Assembly: GCA_951406725.2 (NCBI GenBank)
Contig: OX597819.1
Coordinates: 37,696,001-37,760,000, forward strand
Direction: 5' to 3'
Length of the DNA stretch: 64,000 nt
DNA from: Octopus vulgaris
Lineage: Eukaryota
A program made the translations under genes and the position numbers. This document shows positions 26,591-38,901 of this stretch, piece by piece. The notes under the pieces are model-generated. The model searched no databases. It was not told the origin of the DNA and was given only the letters and a program-made list of their open reading frames with translations. The first letter of the stretch is position 1; the number at the start of each line of letters is the position of its first letter.

Positions 26591-27120
26591 AAACATTATT
26601 TACATTTGACGGATATTTGTCCTCATCTTGTTTGTTGTTAACACAACGTTTTGGCTGATATACCCTCCAGCCTTCATCAGGTGTCTTGGAGAAATTTCAA
26701 ACTTGGGTTCTCATTCTTAAGCTATTTTTCAATGTTATTATTATTATTATTCAGTTCACTGCCTGAAATCGAACTCGGAATCTTGGGGTTAGTAGCCCGT
26801 GCTCTTAACCACTAGGCCCATGGGCATATGGCATAGTGGTTAAGAGCGTGGGCTACTAACCCCAAGATTCTGAGTTTGACTTCAGGCAGTGACCTGAATA
26901 ATAATATTAACAACAACAACAACAACAACAATAATAATAATAACATCGAAAAATACCTTAAGAATGAGAACCCAGGTCCGAAATTTCCCCAAGACACCTG
27001 ATGAAGGCTGGAAGGTATATCAACCGAAACGTTGTGTTAACAACAAACAAGATGAGGACAAATATCCGTTAAATGTAAATAATGTAAATAAAGTCCATAA
27101 TTCCTCATCTCTTAAATATA
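26591..27120. mobile_element. Head-to-head palindromic pair of tRNA-headed, hammerhead-tailed short elements
   Basis: Arms 26593-26815 and 26826-27085 are reverse complements around gcccatgggc; 13-bp TSD gaacag(t/c)gatata at 26578-26590 and 27121-27133. Confidence 0.85.
26993..27038 (+). ncRNA. Minimal type-I hammerhead (mirror copy on minus strand at 26640-26685)
   Basis: gacac CTGATGA a ggctg gaaggtatat caacc GAAAC GTT gtgtt; stem III reduced to palindrome AACGTT. Confidence 0.75.
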
Positions 27121-27787
27121 GAACAGCGATATACAAATCATGCAAATTCATGGTTGAATAGAAATAATTAAATTAATTTAATTATATATCACTGTACTCA
27201 TCAGTGCAACAAGTATAAACAAATTTTTTTACAAAGGACTTGATAGAGGAAATAGCAGAGTAGGATTTAGGAGATTCCTATTTATCCTTATAAGACAGAA
27301 AGAAGAGGTATTAACTAAAGAGTTTTAGTTCATTCCTATTTCTTTTATCAAGTCCTTTGTAAAAAAATTTGTTTATACTTCTTGCACTGGTGAGTACAGT
27401 GATATATAATTAAATTAATTTAATTAATTTAATTATTTCTATTCAACCATGAATTTGCATGATTTTTATATCGCTGTTCAAAATGATTGCCTGCATGAAT
27501 TAAAATAAATAAATAAATACATACATACATACATACATACATACATACATACATACATACATACATACATGCATACATGCATACATGCATACATACATAC
27601 ATACATACAAGGCAAATTGGTAGAGCTTTTTGCATGTCAGATAGGCCTAGTGGTATTTATTTTTGCTGTGTGCTTTGAGTTCAAATACTACCCAAATCAT
27701 CTTTGCCTTTCATCTTTTCTGAGTTGATAAATAAAGTACCAGTGCAATACTGGTGTTTATTCTGTCTCCCGCTTTTCTCTTTTTCAG

Positions 27788-27810
27788 ATATCCATTACTT
27801 GATGATGAAG
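27788..27810 (+). other. Candidate 23-nt micro-exon
   Basis: Polypyrimidine tract and cag acceptor, ATATCCATTACTTGATGATGAAG, donor gtaatt; no homology support. Confidence 0.3.
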
Positions 27811-28479
27811 GTAATTGACCCTTAACGAAAGTCAATGCTTACGTACTCAAATAGATACATAGAACTGAGGAGCTGATCTGTTTCTGAATTATAGTGCTGA
27901 AGCTTTAAATTTTGATAGATGTGTCATCAGAAACAACACATTTAATATCATCCACTGAATACAAATTATTTTGTACTTGAATAAAATGCATGAAGATGCC
28001 AGGGTAACAGGGTTATCTGTGGCATTCTAAAAGGTTACTATGTAAAGCAGCACCACAAAAACCATATAACAATGCATCTATAATGGCATTTAGTGATCCA
28101 AGAAGATATAAAAATTCTGTAGCTGAACTGTGATAGTCCTAACTGGTAGCACAGCATATTTTTATTTTTAATCATTTGTGCTTATATTTAACAAATAACC
28201 TAACAAAATTTTCATCTGTCACTAGGGTAAATTGTTTGCCTAACTTGCAAGACAGAAAAGGACAAAAAAAAAGGGGAAGAGAGGACAAATGAGAAAGGAC
28301 TTCTCTTTTAAGTGGTGGTGATGGTGGTGTATTTGAAAGGGTAGAGAGATAGTCTTTATGTGGAAGCTTAATCAATGTTGTTATTGTGCAATGCCTGTGC
28401 AAGATTTTTTTGAAGTGAGGAAAGGCTGTGCACTGAGTCAATCCCACTCACTAAGCAACAGCAGCCATAATCCGAAAAG

Positions 28480-28870
28480 AAGAACAAGTCAACATCATCG
28501 GTAACCACTGAGCCGCAGGTTTTATATCGGAGTTATCCCAGTTACCTGAGTTACCTTCTCCTAGAAGGATGCCCTATCAAAGGCTAGGAGTCCTTCACTC
28601 CCAATGGTTTAACAGCGCGATTGGGTATTCAGTCCGATTATTTCTATGTCCCCGCGCATGATACAGCCTTAAGACTTTTATTGGATGGCCGTTGACTCTC
28701 AAGAGTTCCTCCGCCCTTTGACGGGTTTTGTTTTTCATCCCGCAGGGTGTCCAATAAACACCCTCCTCACCAAGCAAGCTTGGTGGGGTTGCCGGTTTAG
28801 TCGCCGACGACCCGACCATACAACAGGTTGTACTGGGTCACATGTTACCAGTAGCACTCGAAAGTGACCT
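28480..28870 (-). mobile_element. GC-rich, CpG-retaining segment resembling a non-LTR retroelement 5' UTR
   Basis: Composition differs sharply from the flanks; structured 5' end on minus strand; family not confirmed. Confidence 0.45.
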
Positions 28871-28912
28871 ACAGAAACATAAATATACATGCATTGTAGA
28901 TAATTCTTTATT

Positions 28913-29250
28913 ATTATCTACATCTTAGCGAAGGCAGAGGTATTGTTTTCAGTTGTGTTTGTTAGTTTGTTTGTCCATGGACAAGATATCTCAAGAAATG
29001 CTAGATGGATTTGGATGAAACTTTCAGGGATGTTTGACCCCATGACTGGCATGAACTGACTAGATTTTTGGACCAATCCAGTATCGGACAAGGATTTTCG
29101 ATTAATTTTCTGGGTTTTTTTTACTTAATTTTTCAGAGCGGTTGGGTTCATTTTTAATATTCTCACTTGTGAGAGCAGTTGAGTTTATTTCAGATATTCT
29201 CATTTTAAAATTCATCTCCACCAAATCGTTGAGAGGACATTGGTGTTGTC
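28913..29250. mobile_element. Helentron/DINE-like non-autonomous element
   Basis: gaggtattgttttc..tttgtttgtcc..gatatctcaag..gatttggatgaaactt architecture. Confidence 0.5.
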
Positions 29251-29394
29251 TTCTTATCTTTTTTTTTATCTTTTGCTTGTTTCAACCATTGGATTTGGTA
29301 GACAGAAGCTGAAAGAAGCCCATCATGCATATATATATATATATATATATAGGTGAGAAAGTTGGTGTGTGAAAGCATGTGGTTGGATATATAG

Positions 29395-29834
<440 letters not shown>

Positions 29835-30167
29835 GTATGTGAGTGTGTATCTGTGTGTGTATGTGTGTGTGCTTCACTGTTTTGAGATTGTATTGAGATA
29901 GTGCAATAGTTGTAAACAAGTCTTTTCATGCAGAAGTATCACCTGATTTGGAAACAAGTGACAATTGATGACAGGAAGGGCATCTGCCCATAGAAGATCC
30001 ACCTCAAAAAATTCCATTTGACCATGTGAGCATGGAAAATTGGATGTTAAATGATGATGACAATGGTGGTAGTGATGTTACTATATTCCTTTACTCGTTT
30101 CAGTTATTGGACTGTAGCTCTGCTGGAGCATTATCTTGTAAAAGAAACCTATACTCACATACATACA

Positions 30168-30556
30168 TCATCATCATCATCATCATCATCATCGTTTAAC
30201 GTCCGTTTTCCGTGCTAGCACAGGTTGGACAGTTCGACCGGGGTCTGGGAAGCCAGGGTCTGCACCAGGCTCCAGTCTGAACTGGCAGAGTTTCTACAGC
30301 TGGATGCCCTTCCTAACGCCAACCACTCCGTGAGTGTAGTGGGTGCTTTTTACATGCCACCGGCACAGGTGCCAGGGGAGTCTGGCATCGGCCACGATGG
30401 TTGGTGCTTTTAACGTGCCACCAGCACGGACGCCAGTCAAGGCGGCGCTGGCATCGGCCACGTTCGGATGGTGCTTTTTATGTGCCACCGGCACAGAAGC
30501 CAGTCGAGGCGGCGCTGGCAACGGCCACGTTCAGATGGTGCTTTTTATGTGCCACC
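30168..30556 (-). mobile_element. RTE 3' tail copy with 4 repeat units
   Basis: ggtgctttttacgtgccacc-type units; (CAT)n. Confidence 0.85.
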
Positions 30557-30586
30557 ATGTATGTATATTTAATATATATTGTTAGC

Positions 30587-31285
30587 AAGGTGATGAGATG
30601 GCAAAATCATTAGCACACTATATAAAATGCTTAACAGTAATCTGTCTGTCTTTATATTATGTTCAATTCCTGCCGAGGTCAACTTTGTCCTTCGTCCTTT
30701 CAGGGTCGATAAAATAAGTACCAGTTGAACACTGGGGTTGATATAATTGACTTATCCCACCCCCTGAAATTTCTGGCCTTGTGCCAAAATTTGAAATTAC
30801 TATTATCATTATTTTAATTAAAATGGTGAGCTAGCAGAATTATTAGCATGGCAGGCTAAATGCTTAGTGGCATTTCATCTGTCTTTACGTTCTGAGTTCA
30901 AATTCTGCTGAGGTCGACTTTGTCTTTTATCTTTTCAGTGTCAATAAAATAAGTACCAGTTGAACACTAGGGTTTGAATACTGGGGTTGATGTAATCGAC
31001 TTACCCCAATCACCCCGAAATTGCTGGCCTTGTGCCAAAATTTGAAATCACTATTATCATTATTATTATTAAGATGGTAAACTGGCAGAATTATTAGCAT
31101 GGCAGGCAAAATGCTTGGTAGCATTTCATCTGTCTTTACGTTCTGAGTTCAAATTCTGCTGAGGTCGACTTTGTCTTTTATCCTTTCAGGGTTGATAATA
31201 TAAGTACTATTTGAACACTGGAGCCAATGTAATTAACTTACCAGCTTCCCACAATTTGCTGGCCTTGTTCCAAAATTTGAACCAA
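30587..31285 (+). mobile_element. Three head-to-tail SINE family B copies
   Basis: Heads at about 30587, 30824 and 31074, separated by (TTA)n linkers. Confidence 0.85.
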
Positions 31286-31919
31286 TATACATAGATTATT
31301 AGCATGTTCGTTATGTCTGCAGAATAGTTTATCTATAAGTATTGAACTTGTATTTTTACTTATTTATTTATTTTGTTTGGCAGTGGCAGTAAAAATTGAG
31401 GGTGCTATAGTGGTTATTTCTTTTTATTATCACACCAGATACCATCATCATTAATACCTTTATGCACACAAATGATATGATGAATTTTTGAGACATGCAT
31501 GCGTAAAAACCTGTGAAACAGACGGAGAATCTCATGCACAAAGTGCATTTAGTACACAAAGCTTGAATGGTTGCAGAATGAAGAAACAGTAAAATGGAGA
31601 AAGTAGAACAACCAGCAAAAGGAAAATAAATAATAAATAAATAAATAAAATAAACAAAAACAAAAATAATCTTAACCTCCCCTCCCCCCATATTATAGTT
31701 CTATCCAATTGGTCTGTCTGTCTGTCTGTCTGTCTGTTCAGAACTCTCAATGGTGTTACTGTCTTCCTTTCTTTCATTTTTATATATTTATTTGTCCTTA
31801 TTATTTATGTATGTATTTATTGTCATTTTCTTTTTTTTTTCTTTTGCTTTTTTGTGTGTTTGTATTTTGTGTTTTGTAATGCATTTTCTTTTTTTCTTTT
31901 TCTTTTTTTTTTTTGGCAG

Positions 31920-32083
31920 AAATGCATCCAGATGCTAACAATGTCTATTTTTAGTACGTCATAACAGTATGGCAAAGCAGGTAGATTATGACGCATACAT
32001 GCCAGTGGAGGAGTATAAACAGCCAACTTTATTATATGCTTAATGGAGCAGTGTAGGAGGAGAGGGTTGGCGGAGTAAGAAAG
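31920..32083 (+). other. Candidate 164-nt exon (non-coding or UTR)
   Basis: Long T-rich tract and cag acceptor; consensus donor AAG|gtaagt; stops in all three frames. Confidence 0.35.
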
Positions 32084-32089
32084 GTAAGT

Positions 32090-32174
32090 GAATAAATGCA
32101 GACAGACTGACAAATAGATAGAAAGGTAAACAGAGAGGTAGATAGAAAGATAGGTATACAAATAGCTAGATAAG

Positions 32175-32245
<71 letters not shown>

Positions 32246-32358
32246 GCAGAGAAATAGGTAGAGGGTCAGAGAAAGAGAGAAAGAGAAAAAAAAACAGACA
32301 AATATAAGTAGATATAGAAATATAGACAGAATGAGAGAGAAGAGGCAGAGAGAGAGGG

Positions 32359-32393
<35 letters not shown>

Positions 32394-33155
32394 TGTATTT
32401 GATAAGCTGGCAGAATAACTGGTTGGCAGACAGACAGACAGTCAGACAGGCAGACAGACACACTAGCTGATAGACCCAAACAAGACTAGCAAAGCAGGCA
32501 GGCAGGCAGGCAGGAAAGAAAGCAGATCAGTAGCCTGGCAGATAAGATAGAATTCTTCCATAGACACAAAATCTCAGATTTATAGGGGAGGCAAAATAAG
32601 ATAATGCAAGTTTCATGCATTTCTCTTAGACATCAGAAATATAACTGGATTGAAATGTCTACAACTGGGAACTGAAACCAGATTGCAGACTTAACTCAGC
32701 AGTAATTTACTCTGACAGAGAGAAGGCTGGAATAATGGTGAATGTGGTACTAAAAGACAGAATGGAATAGACAGGCTGTCAAATAGATAGCTAGACAGAC
32801 AAATAAGTGGTCACATATTTAGACATATAGACAGATGGCTAATTGGATATCAATCAGATAAGCAAGCAGAAATCTATACAAATAGACAACCAATAATCCA
32901 GACAAATAAATAGAATGACAGATAGACAAATAGACAAACATGTAGATAAACAAATAGTGCGAAAGACAAATGGGTAGACAATAGATAGAAAGAGAAACAG
33001 AGTCAAATAGGTGGATAGACAGATAGGGAAATGGAGAAATAGACAGACAGAGAAATATGTAGACAAACAGATAAAGGAATAGAAAGAGAGCTAGATAGAA
33101 AAGTGGGTAGACAAACAGAGAACAAAGAAATGGAAAGAAACAGGAAGATAATGAG

Positions 33156-33203
<48 letters not shown>

Positions 33204-34450
33204 TAAACAGCCAAACAGATAGACAGGCAGGTAGATAGCCAGACAAATAGACCAAGAGACAAATAGATAAATAGCCAAATAAGTTGATAGGCAAATAGGT
33301 CGATAAATAGATAGACATACAAATGGACAGATAGATAGACATGTAAATAGGCAAACAAATAAATTGACAGAGAGAGAAATAGATAGACAAATAAACAAAG
33401 ACATCGAAAGAAAGACAAATAAGTGGCCATACAAATAGAGAAATAGAAAGTCAGGCAAATGCAACGATAAAAACAGAAAAATTAACAAATAGACAGACAG
33501 ACAGACAGACAAATCGATAGATAAATTGACAGACAGACAAATAGATAAGCAGAAAAATAAACAGACAAATAGATAGCCAAAGTGGGTAGACAGAGAAATA
33601 GAGAGATAGACAAAAAGATTGACAGAGAAATAGATAGACAAAAAGAGAGAAAACTAATCTGGCAGCCAGACAAATAGATAGATATACAAACGAACAGATA
33701 GACAGACAGACACACAAAGAGGTGGATAGTTTGGTAGAAATAAACTGGAACACAGACAAATAAATAGACAAGCAAATAGAGAGAGAAAGAAAGGGAGAGA
33801 TAAATACAAGTAGATAGACAGGCAGACAGACAAATAGATTGGTGGACAAATACATTGACTGACAAATACATAGACAGTCAAATACTTATACAGGAATAGT
33901 CAAATTAACAGAGAGATACACAAATAAGACTTGACTGCCAAAAAAGATAGACAATTAGGCAAATAGACAAACAGAAACGAACAGACAGATAGGCAGATGG
34001 ACACATAGGTAGACAAAAAAAGAAAGATTTACAGACAATAGACAAACAAATAAAACTGAAGATACACACGTAGATAGACAAATAAGTAGACAGAGAAATA
34101 TAGAGACTAACAAATAACCTGGTAGACTGACATACAAACAAATGAACTGACATATAAGTTTTCGGACAAATAGACAGGCATATAAGTTTTCAGACAAATA
34201 GACAGATATATACAGAGACTGATAAACAAACAGACACATGCAAACAAAAAGCTAGGCAGACAATGAGATAAACAAACAAATAGAAAGACAGACAAATAGG
34301 TAAACAAATACAGAGACATAAATTGAATGACAGACACACAAGTGACGGTCAAATAGACAAATAGCCTAATAGTTAGACAAATAGACAGACATGTTGGCTG
34401 ACAGCTTGATGAATATAGACATATAGACAAAAAGGATACAGACATAGACA
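32090..34450. repeat. Long degenerate (AGAT/AGAC/AAAT)n purine-rich satellite-like tract
   Basis: Recurring atagacaaat/agacag words; pure (AGAT)n at 32175-32243. Confidence 0.85.
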
Positions 34451-34453
34451 CAC

Positions 34454-34544
<91 letters not shown>

Positions 34545-34550
<6 letters not shown>

Positions 34551-34777
34551 TTTATTTAAAAGCAGCAGCAATTCAACAAAAGCTGTTACTCGGAGTTTCA
34601 CGTTCCCGTTCGTCGGACAGTTTTATGAAAAAAAAACTGTCCGACGAACGGGAATGTGAAACTCCGAGCAACAGCTTTTGTTGAATTTCTGATGCTTTTA
34701 AATAAAGCATATTACTCTACCTCTGGTATTTGAGTACTCTTTTTTCCACCTTGTTTCACATTTATGTGTTTACTCCG

Positions 34778-34780
<3 letters not shown>
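34545..34780 (+). mobile_element. Fold-back hammerhead-like element in (TA)n
   Basis: Arms 34545-34624 and 34633-34712; ctgt CCGACGA acg ggaa cgt GAAAC tccga GTA acag (34583-34620 minus, 34637-34674 plus); unpaired tail to 34780. Confidence 0.8.
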
Positions 34781-34836
<56 letters not shown>

Positions 34837-35771
34837 GACAGACAAATAGATAGGTAGGAAGAGAGAGAGAGAGAGAGATAGATAGAGAGAGGAGAGAGAG
34901 GGAGAGGGGGAGAGAGAGAAAGAGAGAGAAAGAAGAAAATGATGTTGACAGGTGGGGGATATGTAGCTGAGAAATAATGAATTTATTTGAAAGTAATCCT
35001 GCAAAAAGAAAATGCTGAATGAAGTTATTCCCATGACTGTGAGAAATATGTAGTCACTACCAGTTAAAGTTGGTTGACTAATATAAGGTAGTATATAAAG
35101 ATGCAGGAATTTAGGTAAAGGGTAAAATATTGAGAAAGGGATTTATTAGTTAGGTTTAAAAATTAGTTGTTGTTAGCCACTGGTGCAAGGAAGAACCGCA
35201 GAGTGAATAAATCAGATAGACAAAGAATTATTGAAATAGACAGATTGGTTAATGGCTTCAAAGTTTGACACAAGACCAGTGATTTTGAGGTGTGGATTTA
35301 GTTGATTACAGTATTGACTGGTATTTATTTTATCCACCCTGAAAAGATGAAAGGCAAAGTCTACCTTGGTGGAATTTGAATTCAGAATTTCACGAGCCAG
35401 AAAACATACCACAAAGCATTTTGTCTACACTCTACCAGTTCACTGCCTTAGATAGAGTAATATAAGTATATAAGACTGATGGTAGCAACTACATTTTTTT
35501 GTAGCAAAGCTGTTTCCCTAATCTACTTGAATCTTCCATATATCACAAATTTGAATAGGTATGTGCTTTCCTTAAATCACATAATAAAATAAAAGAAAGT
35601 TACACTTCAAGAGACCAACCTTGAAATGTAATGAAATTTCCACATGACTGCATAACCACAAAATTGCATATCATTTTGACACGGTGTTTATCTCATATAA
35701 TATATCATAAAATCAGCAGAAAAAGAATGTTATTATCAAAGTATAACTTCATTTATTATTTTCAAACATAG

Positions 35772-36432
35772 CAAGGCAGTGAGCTGGTAGAATTATTATC
35801 ATGCCACGTTGGGCGAAATACGTATAGGCGTAGGAGTGGCTGTGTGGTAATTAGCTTGTTTACCAACCACATGGTTCCGGGTTCAGTCCCACTGCGTGGC
35901 ACCTTGGGCAAGTGTCTTCTACTATAGCCTCGGGCCGACCAAAGCCTTGTGAGTGGATTTGGTAGACGGAAACTGAAAGAAGCCCGTCATATATATGTTT
36001 ATATATATATGCGTGTGTGTGTTTGTGTGTCTGTGTTTGTCCCCCTAGCATTGCTTGACAACCGATGCTGGTGTGTTTATGTCCCCATTACTCAGCAGTT
36101 CGCCAAAAGAGATCGATAGAATAAGCACTGGGCTTACAAAAGAATAAGCCCCGGGGTCGAGTTGCTCGATTAAAAAGGCGGTGCTCCAGCATGGCCGCAG
36201 TCAAATGACTGAAACAAGTAAAAGAGAGTAAGAGTAAAAGAGTATGCCAAGCAAAATGCTTAGCAGCATTTCATTCATCTTTGCATTCTGAGTTCAAATT
36301 CCACCAAGGTCAACCTTGCCATTTATCCTTTTCTGAGTTGATAAAATAGGTACCAGTTGAACAATGGGGTCAGTGTAATCAACTTAACCCCCCACCAAAA
36401 CAAATTGTTGGCCTTGTGTCAAAATCTGAAGT
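35772..36432 (+). mobile_element. SINE family B with a full SINE family A (35827-36243) nested in it
   Basis: B head 35772-35806 resumes at 36244; atgcca duplicated. Confidence 0.85.
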
Positions 36433-36449
36433 CATTATTATTATTATTA

Positions 36450-36495
<46 letters not shown>

Positions 36496-36659
36496 CATCA
36501 TTATTATTATCATTATTATCATCATTATTATTATTATTATCATCATTATTATTATTATTATCATCATTATCATTATCATCATTATTATTATTATCATCAT
36601 TATTATTATTATCATCATCATTATTATTATTATTATCATCGTTATTATCATCATCATCA

Positions 36660-36717
<58 letters not shown>

Positions 36718-36742
36718 CATTATTATTATTATTACTATTATT
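36433..36742. repeat. (ATT/ATC)n microsatellite
   Basis: Direct reading. Confidence 0.95.
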
Positions 36743-37154
36743 TATGGTTTCCTTTCATTATAACTTTATTTCAGCTGCCTTAGTACCGGGCATTCTCCAG
36801 AGGTCAAGAGTAGCAAGGGCACTTTTGTTTATCACTACATTTATTCCATTTTAGAAGGAGAGTGCTTCCATAGTATATGGGCTGTACTCATCAAGGTTAT
36901 AATTTGTAGTTCACGGACATTGGAGTTACTAGTATTATCATAGTACTAAGGTTCCACATTTTTGTGATTTCAATTTGCAGATCTTTATAGCAAGAAAGCT
37001 TTTCATATTCATTTCTTGTGACATTTTGATCTTGGCAGAACCATTACCATGCCAGGCAAAATACTTAGCAGTCTTTCATCCATCTTTATGTTCTGCTAGT
37101 CTTGTACCAAAATTTGGAACCATTATTATTATTATTATTATTATTATTATCATT

Positions 37155-37208
<54 letters not shown>

Positions 37209-37952
37209 ATCATCATTATTATTATTATTATTAAGGTGGTGAGCTAGTAGAATTGTTACTGAACTGGGAAAAATGCTTAAAAGAATTTAGTCCATCTTTA
37301 AATTCTGACTTCAAATTCTGCCGAGGTTGACTTTGCCTTTCACCCCTTTTGGGGTCAGTAAAAAATGTACTAGTTGAGCAATGGTGTTGATGTAATTGAC
37401 TTATGCCTTCTCCCCAAATTGCTGGCTTTGTTCCAAAATTCGAAACTATTCCTTTTCAAACAGAGAACCTATAGTTAAACTCAAATTCCATATGTGTAAA
37501 CAACTGGTATTATGATGATAAATATACAAAAATATAACAAAATACAGATCACTCACTCACTCACTCTCTCATCTGTCACTGAAACTTTCTTTTTATCAAA
37601 TAAAAGTTATTATAATTAGTAAAATGTTCATTTTATAAATCCTATTCATTTATTTGTTTGTTCATTTAACAACTGATTTTCCATGCTACCATGGGTTGAA
37701 CGGAAAATTATTTGTGGTAAGATTTTACAGCAGGATGGTCTTCATGTCCTCAACCTTCGTGTGTGTTCAAGTATGTGTCTCATTTCTTTTTTATTTCACT
37801 GGGTTTCAAAAGTGCAGAGAAACCAGTCATAAGGTCAACAAGTAATGTAAACATATCACCATTTCACTCAGCTGGTGACAAGCAAAGCTATGGAATGTCA
37901 ATACTTGTAAACACAACCTTCCTCATACACACACACACACACACACACACAT

Positions 37953-38012
<60 letters not shown>

Positions 38013-38014
<2 letters not shown>

Positions 38015-38309
38015 AGGCGCAATGGCCCAGTGGTTAGGGCAGCGGACTCACGGTCGGAGAATCGCGGTTTCGATTCCCAGACTGGGCGTTGTGTGTGTTT
38101 ATTGAGCGAAAACATCTAAAGCTCCACCAGGCTCCAGCAGGGGGTGGTGGCGACCCCTGCTGTACTCTTTCGTCACAACTTTCTTCTGTTGGCCTACTCG
38201 CGTAGCCAGCGGGGTGGCGTCATTTGAAGGCTAAAACAATGGGAAGCGCATTGTGACCAGCGATGTGTAGTAACATCTGATAGCCTGGTCGGTCACGTGA
38301 TCACGTGAT
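38013..38309 (+). mobile_element. tRNA-derived SINE family D
   Basis: ggaggcgcaatggcccagtggttagggc..ggtttcgattccc; tail ggtcacgtgatcacgtga; copies at 55088 and 56968. Confidence 0.88.
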
Positions 38310-38310
38310 T

Positions 38311-38555
38311 CGGTGGCACGTAAAAGCACCATCCGTTCGTGGCCGTTTGCCAGCACCGTCTGGCACCTGTGCGGGTGGCACGTAAAAAGCACCCGCTACA
38401 CTCACGGAGTGGTTGGCGTTAGGAAGGGCATCCAGCCGTAGAAACACTGCCAGATCAGACTGGGCCTGATGCAGCCTTCTTGCTTCACAGACCCTAGTTG
38501 AACCGTCCAACCCATGCTAGCATGGAAAACGGACGCTAAATGATGATGATGATGA
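38311..38555 (+). mobile_element. RTE 3' tail copy
   Basis: Two ggtggcacgtaaaa(a)gcacc units plus tail. Confidence 0.85.
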
Positions 38556-38692
38556 TATATATATGAGGTGGCAGACACTGGAGTTCAATGCACCCCACTG
38601 AATCATCAGTTAATGATGAACATGCAACTCATGCTAGTATGGAAAAAAAGGATGCGAAATGATAATGATGATGATGACAATGATGACAATGT

Positions 38693-38740
<48 letters not shown>

Positions 38741-38825
38741 TATATTAGAGGAAAAATCAAAACTAAAACAGAGTGAGTATCTCAAGTCATTTTGAATAAT
38801 TTAATTAGGGTAAGGTGAATCTGAA

Positions 38826-38901
38826 GTCTTACAGCTGTTTCTGGGATAACCCAGCTGGTTGGTTAGCATTTCTGTGCACTGGGTATATTGTTATCAGAGA
38901 C
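38826..38901 (-). ncRNA. Degenerate hammerhead motif
   Basis: Minus strand: gtct CTGATAA ... GAAAC agct GTA agac (G8 mutated). Confidence 0.5.

Larger units (their letters stand above)
26551..27506. mobile_element. Fold-back hammerhead element (HHR at 27383-27495) whose left arm is split by the 26591-27120 insertion
   Basis: Left arm 26551-26590 plus 27121-27255 pairs with 27337-27506; two-arm consensus tgca CTGATGA [long stem II] GAAAC gatc GTC tgca after correcting CpG decay. Confidence 0.75.

Noticed and set aside
31823-34601. Many long minus-strand ORFs (up to 218 aa)
   Set aside because: They result from pyrimidine-rich tetranucleotide low complexity, overlap in all frames and show no domain
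36357-36854. Poly-L and poly-I ORFs (likewise poly-H/S/M at 45373-45820)
   Set aside because: Trinucleotide microsatellites
38013-38085. tRNA gene (also other SINE heads)
   Set aside because: No complete cloverleaf; continues into a multi-copy SINE body
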